From Alkanindiges illinoisensis DSM 15370 (lineage in GTDB: Bacteria > Pseudomonadota > Gammaproteobacteria > Pseudomonadales > Moraxellaceae): a DNA stretch of 32,000 nt. A model generated the notes under the pieces. It worked only from the letters and a program-made list of their open reading frames with translations, did not search any database and was not told the origin of the DNA. The stretch spans positions 292,979-324,978 of the forward strand of contig NZ_KK211037.1 in NCBI RefSeq assembly GCF_000619845.1, read 5' to 3'. A program made the position numbers and the translations under genes. This document shows, piece by piece, positions 31,709-32,000 of this stretch (the stretch's first letter is position 1; every line of letters starts with the position of its first letter).

Positions 31709-31928
31709 TGGTACTTCTTCCCTTGGCTGGATAAATGTCTGGTCAATAGTAGTGCTTAATATGTTATTGAAACCTAAATGGTAAGCACCTGTTCTTGTCA
31801 GAATAAATGTTTTTCTTATATCAAAAAACAGCTACACGGGCAATGAAAAAAGGATAGACCTCCTTTATTGGTTCAATATTTCTTGTAAATATTATTAAAT
31901 AAACTTAAAACTGCTTCACATTAGTTGA

Positions 31929-32000
31929 TCAAAATACAACCATTTTCTCGCTAATGTTGCCTTTTTGAATTAATTCCAGAAATTCATCTCCCAAGCGTTG
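31929..32000 (-). CDS. Possible 3' end of an unidentified gene entering from the right edge
   Basis: Only one - strand frame is open from the window edge: ...QRLGDEFLELIQKGNISEKMVVF*, with TGA at 31931-31929. It is too short to identify or to be sure it is coding. Confidence 0.25.
   Translation of the reverse strand, partial: QRLGDEFLELIQKGNISEKMVVF

Noticed and set aside
31849-31866. AAAGGA-ggtcta-TCCTTT followed by T's on the - strand, a possible terminator for the partial gene at the right edge.
   Set aside because: It is only a 6-bp A/T-rich stem, too weak to call with confidence. I mention it because it sits about 60 nt after the putative stop.

Overview
This window looks like chromosomal DNA from a gammaproteobacterium of the Moraxellaceae/Pseudomonadales type. 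That is my inference from gene content and order; no searches were run, and all family calls come from reading motifs by eye. On the + strand, left to right, are a translationally coupled type IV pilus minor-pilin/tip operon (pilV 3' end, pilW, pilX, a ~1500-aa vWA-type PilY1, two tandem PilE-like pilins) and then rpsP-rimM-trmD-rplS. Almost everything after that is on the - strand. Listed by increasing coordinate: the Lif foldase and its family I lipase, a six-gene group-2 Mrp/Pha cation/H+ antiporter (coordinate order G, F, E, D, C, fused A/B), dusC, an AT-rich vapBC pair and a compact SF1 UvrD-like helicase. A divergent DUF2750-like gene follows on the + strand. Next comes a PhoX phosphatase with a combined Tat and lipobox signal, preceded by four 11-bp-phased Pho-box half sites, lying directly downstream of hisIE-tatA-tatB-tatC. 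The window ends with an AT-rich, terminator-delimited two-gene cassette encoding a 584-aa Ala-rich lipoprotein and a 371-aa beta-barrel outer-membrane protein, neither of which I can place in a named family. I saw no rRNA, tRNA, CRISPR array or IS element. Most of the window is ordinary core genome. The best candidate for something undescribed is the lipoprotein/barrel cassette (28.6-31.7 kb). Lesser candidates are a charge-complementary repeat architecture inside PilY1 and a tightly coupled 30-codon sORF inside the mrp operon.
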